Of a stretch of DNA of 64,000 bases, positions 60,201 to 64,000 are shown one piece after another. The DNA lies in assembly GCA_965213685.1 (NCBI GenBank), contig CBDBZY010000045.1, positions 24,684 to 88,683 of the forward strand. The letters are read 5' to 3'. The translations under genes were made by a program, and so were the position numbers. Below the pieces are notes generated by a model. That model was given only the letters and a program-made list of their open reading frames with translations. It did no database searches and was not told the DNA's origin. Source of the DNA: a bacterium (GTDB lineage: Bacteria > UBA8248). The stretch's first letter is position 1, and every line of letters starts with the position of its first letter.

Positions 60201-61399
60201 CGAGCAGGCCAGGCGCGAAGCCCGACGTGATTCTGCAGGGCTTGCGCGCGTCTTTGGATTGGGCGTCTCTCCTGCAGGGGGAGATACGCTCCCCTTCCAT
60301 ACGCATGAAAACCCTCAAAATTCGCTATCTGCGCGGTGCGGAAAGAAAAAGCAATTTCGCTTCTTTGTTCTGGAGGGGGGAGGAGCGAAAACGAGGTTCT
60401 CCGCAGGCGGTCGGAAGAAAGCCGGAAAAAGAGGGGCCGCGCGAGGCGCTTCCCGCTCCTCCGCTGTATGTCGCACCCAAACCGGGACCCGGGGCGCCTC
60501 CGGGGAGCGGGGGAGAGGCGAACGGGCCGCTGCCGGCCATCAGAATCGCGGAATTGGAAATTGAAAGGATGGGATTTCATTTTGAAGATGTGATAGCGCA
60601 GGATGCGCCCCCGGTTGTCTTGCGGGTGTCGGACGCCCGGTTGCTGGTGATGGATTTTGATACCCGGATGGCGCCCAACCTGCGAAAAACCCGCCTGACG
60701 CTGAGGACGCCCGGAGAGGTACCCGACATTTTCGCGAAAGCGACCCTGAATCCTGGACGGTTGCCGCCGGATGCGGAGGGATTTTTCCATCTTTCTCGGT
60801 TCGACTTGCGCAAGATATCCCCCTACGCCCGCGATATTCAGGGGAATGACGTGAGTGCCTTGCTGATTCGGGGGACCCGCATCACGAGGGGAAATCTGAA
60901 TTTTCGGTCCACGTATTCATTGAGGGACAAGCATTTGACGTGGAAGGGGCGCGCGCAAATCGTGGGCCTGCGTTTGAAGCCGGACGAGAAAGCGCCCCTG
61001 GCCGGTTTGGCGGTGGAGTTGCTGCGGACCTCGGTGTTGCGCCTGCTGAAGAGGCGGAACGACACGATCGCGCTGGACGTCCGGGTGTCGGGCCGGGTGG
61101 ATGACCCCCGGTTTCATTTTCTGGATGCCCTCGTGGAACCCATGTTTGCGGGTTTGTTTGAGCGGTTGGGGAAGTTGGGAGGCGACGTCCAGAATGTTGT
61201 AAAAGAGGTTCTGGGAAGGGTTGTGGAGGGGGCGCAAAAAGTAGTGCCGGGCACCGGGAGTGGCGGCGCCCCGCCCCGGGAAGGCGCCCGGGAGCCGCCG
61301 GGGTCCGGGAAAAAACAAATCGAGAAATTGGGCAAGGAGCTCGAGGATATCCTGAAAAAAGGGTTCGGCGTCCTGTTTGGCGGGAGGGGCTCCAAATGA
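57251..61399 (+). CDS. AsmA-like / DUF748 envelope protein with internal repeats
   Basis: N-terminal TM plus AsmA-type N-terminus (LGREVSIG, DGGFNFQDI), beta-rich repeats, C-terminal LDVRVSGRVDDPRF. Confidence 0.8.
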   Translation: MRRLLRWAIWSAAAFLVVVLVGVVAARIFLSPDEVIKIAEAEGRRLLGREVSIGRLRLGLFRVQASGIVIGGEGEQGEEGEAKNGKPFVRIRDVDVFLNPSTLMYRRISIMQLTVRGVSARVRGHADGGFNFQDIIEHWSRQKKKAILARAAKHLPPLPASAEAAQADAQGVAPWFDWTIHELDLYDVRGEFRSDAGGASCSFSHIEVDKIRPGEPWDVFFDGACQKPGARQQMQLRGDLHIDTEKRNYRASLEIPLLDFSLIESLAPQAEGYRLREGIFAGSLRVAHAAGGPTFWDVDWKGKSIQADFRADPRGEWRRWALPEFGLKTKGRYDSSGSSARIESFLLETPFAAAKLTKPARWNVSAKDEVHAEVRVDDAGEAGRWLSRIAGVPPPEFGKKTMARMALSMKRDRRRTPDDVRIEVTSHLDPADLVLPGGFLPLADNVSRVRGNIGGKARAVFVSGKRVWWDVDLKAREVGASVRLEEDGRWEVVRFGESAFRSRGTFDLQSGSARINTLEIALPFARAGLKKPASWNVSGADEAALSVEVNDLPFVADFLERLGVASLGDVSGDAKIRLDAAVSRNRKTPLAFHVDARARFDSLPVAPLVGLALLPDRIRKPEGRLGGELQVSLRADGVVRWRANLATGRIGAQARTDPGEEWRDVHLDSFGLQAHGAYLLPDGSWEIEAFDLRLPFARAYLHRPAFWNKGGRDAFRGTLAVTDLGAAEAWLGSLMAHSAGWGSKGGKLTVLVSAERDRRDGAGFSWEASALFDPLHLAPLSKFTGLPPVLRTLRGEVTGKAEFAYLPEKKMRWHLDLASHNLDAQFLALITGRWRPLRTGNVRVQAAGAYDYENESARLRRFAVSLPFGRIEMPRPAHWNKSGMGAGRFRWDISNLEAAAPFLGGVLGEPVSELSLAGRASGRVAVSGSGGKTPGVSTRWSVAAHLESVGHARYPNWNMAGSVSAQVGDGVLKLRAPEWRVNDSSRPGAKPDVILQGLRASLDWASLLQGEIRSPSIRMKTLKIRYLRGAERKSNFASLFWRGEERKRGSPQAVGRKPEKEGPREALPAPPLYVAPKPGPGAPPGSGGEANGPLPAIRIAELEIERMGFHFEDVIAQDAPPVVLRVSDARLLVMDFDTRMAPNLRKTRLTLRTPGEVPDIFAKATLNPGRLPPDAEGFFHLSRFDLRKISPYARDIQGNDVSALLIRGTRITRGNLNFRSTYSLRDKHLTWKGRAQIVGLRLKPDEKAPLAGLAVELLRTSVLRLLKRRNDTIALDVRVSGRVDDPRFHFLDALVEPMFAGLFERLGKLGGDVQNVVKEVLGRVVEGAQKVVPGTGSGGAPPREGAREPPGSGKKQIEKLGKELEDILKKGFGVLFGGRGSK

Positions 61400-61671
61400 G
61401 GCGCGGCCCCCTTTTGTCCGATGCTCCCCGGCGGTGAGCCCCACCCTCCGCCACGCTTGCGCGACGCAACCGGCAAACGCCGGATGTCCCCCGCTTCCCC
61501 GGGGAATGTGACGAGATGCGACCCCCGGCCGCTCATTTGTGCGTCTGATTCCATTAACATCAAACTTTTCTTGCGTTTCCCTGCTGCATTTGATAACGTT
61601 TCGAGGTTTTCCTCTGCCCGAGGACCTGCATCCCGTTCGATCCTCTCGACGGGATAGATGAGGTGAAACGT

Positions 61672-64000
61672 ATGCCTGCTCGCCGCTCGGGCGCCCGCTC
61701 CGGACCATGCGCGTTTTCTGAAAGAACCAACGAGATCATCGGTTTGTCCCTAATCGGTTTCGCTGTTTTTTTGACGATGGCGCTGTGGACTTTTGATGCG
61801 GGCGACCCTTCCTGGGGTTCGCACGTCCACGAAGAATGGCCGATCCGGAATTATGGAGGCGCCGTGGGGGCATATGTCGCCGGCGTCCTGGTCCAGGTTC
61901 TGGGGTCCTTCTCCATCCTGATGCCCGCCGGCTTGATCGTCTGGGGCGTGGCGGCGTTCGCCGGTTTGCGGTCATGGCGGCCGGGCTGGCGCGAGCTCGT
62001 TGGCGCGTTCTTGCTCGTCAGCGCATCCGGCCTGTTTTTCAAGACGTTTGCGGCGGATCCCCTCTTTGGCGTGACGACGCTCGCTGGCGGGATCGTGGGC
62101 TATAGCGTCGCGATATTGCTGGACGCCTATTTGGGCGACGCGGGAAGTTGGGTGTTGCTCACCTCCGTTTTTCTGGCCGCCTTCGTCGCTACGACCGGTT
62201 TGTCTGTCCGCAGAATGATTTCCGGATCCGCCAACGCGGGCCTGTGGTTTTTCTCGCGCGCTTTTATGGGCCTCCGAAAATCCGCGCGCGCGACGGCGGC
62301 GGGAGCCGCATATGTCGCCGGCAAACGGGTTTCCACGGCCTTCGGGAGTTTCTCCTTGCGCCGGCGGCGGGAGGAGGAATCGCGCACAGCGTTCGTGGGC
62401 GGCGGCGAGGCCGAAGAAGAGGGGACGATGCAGGACGGGAAGGGCGATGGGGGTGGCAAAAAGAAAAAGCCGGCGCGAGGCGAAAGTCCCGCGAAAAACC
62501 CCGCGAGAGAGGGCGCGGGCCGGTGGCTTGCGAAGCAGATCGTCAACCATTCCGCTCCGGCAAGTCCCTCCGATGCCCGCAGAAACGGCGGGCGCAGCTC
62601 TCGGGGCGCGTCCCCGAACGCGCCCTCCCTGTTCGGGGAGGAGGAGTTCCCGGAGCCCGGGTTGCCCGTGTTGTCCGGGCCAGCGGCGGCGGAGTTCATC
62701 CGCCCCGAAGAGAATCCCCGAAAAAATGCTTTTCACGCACCTGCAGAGGATTCTGGCCGTGCGGCGCGCGTTCGGGAAGATGACGCCCCGCCGCGGCCTT
62801 CCGACCCTCCGGAGAATGGCGATTTGTCCCCCGGCACAGCGGCCGGGAATGCGCCAAACGGAAGCGCGAGCATGGAGGATGCGGACTGCGCTCCAGGGCC
62901 GCCGGCAAGCCCGCCCGTCGGAGGTCTGCGGAGCCGGCGGAATGAAATCCGGAGCGATTCTGGCGATTCTTTGCCCCGAGAACGGGAGTTGCCCGAAGAA
63001 CGGGAAGCCGCGTTTTCGGGGCGTGCGAAACCGGTCGGGAAGTCCGGCGTCGCCCCCGCAGCGAACGGCGCGCGCTCGGGAGAGAACGAGGCGTCGGCTT
63101 CCGGGGAGGCGGGAGGTTTCGCAGGGGGCGGGAGTGCCGCTGCGGACATGAAGGTGCGCCACGCGGGAGCGAACGGGGAGGCGGAAGTCGTCCGTATTGA
63201 GGATGATGCCCTCGTCCGCGCCGACGAGGGGGCACCTCCCCCGGGGGAGGAGGGGCGGGCGCATCGATCCAGGAAGGAATATGCCCTCCCCTCGCTGGAG
63301 ATATTCAAGGACCCGGCACCGGGCGGGACGCTCGTTGACGAGGAGGCGGTGCGGGAAAAATCGTCGCTCCTCGAGCGGACGCTCCAGGAGTTCGGCGTCG
63401 TCGGAAAGGTCAAGGAGGTGAAAACGGGGCCCGTCATCACCGTCTTCGAGTATGATCCGGCCCCGGGTATCAAGGTCGCGAAAATCACCGGCCTCGCCGA
63501 CGATCTCGCCCGCGCCTTGTCCGCCCTCAGCGTCCGCATCGTCGCCCCGATACCGGGAAAATCCGTTGTGGGCATCGAGGTCCCCAACCTCAGGCGCGAC
63601 GCCGTATTCGCGAAAGAGGTGTTTTCATCGCGGGAGTTCCTGCAGGCGGAAAACAAGCTGACCCTGGGGCTGGGCAAGGATATTCTCGGGAGAACGGCGT
63701 TCACCGACCTCGCCAAAATTCCCCATCTCTTGATTGCGGGCACAACCGGCTCCGGTAAGAGCGTTGCCCTGAACATGATGATTTGCAGCCTGTTGTCGCG
63801 GTGCACGCCCAGAGAGGTGCGCTTTTTGATGGTCGACCCCAAGATGCTGGAGCTGTCGATATATGAGGGCATTCCCCATCAGCTCGTGCCTGTCGTGACC
63901 GACCCCAAGAAGGCCGCGGCGGGGCTGCGGGGCGTCCTGGCGGAGATGGAGCGGCGCTATCAGATCATGAGTGCGGCGGGGGTCAGGAACATTCAGGGCT
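61672..64000 (+). CDS. ftsK: DNA translocase FtsK (3' truncated by the window edge)
   Basis: Manual translation from ATG 61672 after GAGGTG: 4TM N-domain (DPSW, NYGGAVGA), long linker, GPVIT, PHLLIAGTTGSGKS, DPKMLEL. Confidence 0.95.
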   Translation, partial: MPARRSGARSGPCAFSERTNEIIGLSLIGFAVFLTMALWTFDAGDPSWGSHVHEEWPIRNYGGAVGAYVAGVLVQVLGSFSILMPAGLIVWGVAAFAGLRSWRPGWRELVGAFLLVSASGLFFKTFAADPLFGVTTLAGGIVGYSVAILLDAYLGDAGSWVLLTSVFLAAFVATTGLSVRRMISGSANAGLWFFSRAFMGLRKSARATAAGAAYVAGKRVSTAFGSFSLRRRREEESRTAFVGGGEAEEEGTMQDGKGDGGGKKKKPARGESPAKNPAREGAGRWLAKQIVNHSAPASPSDARRNGGRSSRGASPNAPSLFGEEEFPEPGLPVLSGPAAAEFIRPEENPRKNAFHAPAEDSGRAARVREDDAPPRPSDPPENGDLSPGTAAGNAPNGSASMEDADCAPGPPASPPVGGLRSRRNEIRSDSGDSLPRERELPEEREAAFSGRAKPVGKSGVAPAANGARSGENEASASGEAGGFAGGGSAAADMKVRHAGANGEAEVVRIEDDALVRADEGAPPPGEEGRAHRSRKEYALPSLEIFKDPAPGGTLVDEEAVREKSSLLERTLQEFGVVGKVKEVKTGPVITVFEYDPAPGIKVAKITGLADDLARALSALSVRIVAPIPGKSVVGIEVPNLRRDAVFAKEVFSSREFLQAENKLTLGLGKDILGRTAFTDLAKIPHLLIAGTTGSGKSVALNMMICSLLSRCTPREVRFLMVDPKMLELSIYEGIPHQLVPVVTDPKKAAAGLRGVLAEMERRYQIMSAAGVRNIQG

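Noticed and set aside
62340-63270. Low-complexity Pro/Ala/Glu/Gly stretch as a separate gene or repeat element
   Set aside because: It is the in-frame disordered FtsK linker, which is normal for the family.

Overview
GC-rich bacterial chromosomal segment; the gene content suggests a Gram-negative, Nitrospinota/Tectomicrobia-like heterotroph, but that is inference only. Housekeeping genes sit at both ends: mrdA-mreDCB, a SurA/PpiD chaperone, glgP and thiD on the left; tRNA-Gln, gltX, an AsmA-like giant protein and ftsK on the right. Between them are a sulfur-carrier cysteine operon (cysK, CysO/MoaD, ThiF-like, cysM, Mec, MoeB, Rrf2), many catabolic PLP/flavin/CoA enzymes and transporters, tRNA-Glu, duplicated ADP-ribosylglycohydrolases, phoX and a type II restriction-modification locus. 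Most notable observations: (1) three tandem 55-60 aa genes with a conserved double-glycine-type leader and hypervariable core, each preceded by a conserved, apparently structured 5' leader overlapping the RBS, with no maturase nearby; (2) two ThiF/MoeB paralogues with complementary motif losses, resembling a heterodimeric E1; (3) an AhpD-like gene with an in-frame TGA in a CxxU motif and a SECIS-like hairpin; (4) a run of +1 homopolymer frameshifts at 40.2-48.0 kb that is probably assembly error. All family assignments come from motif recognition by eye; no searches were run.
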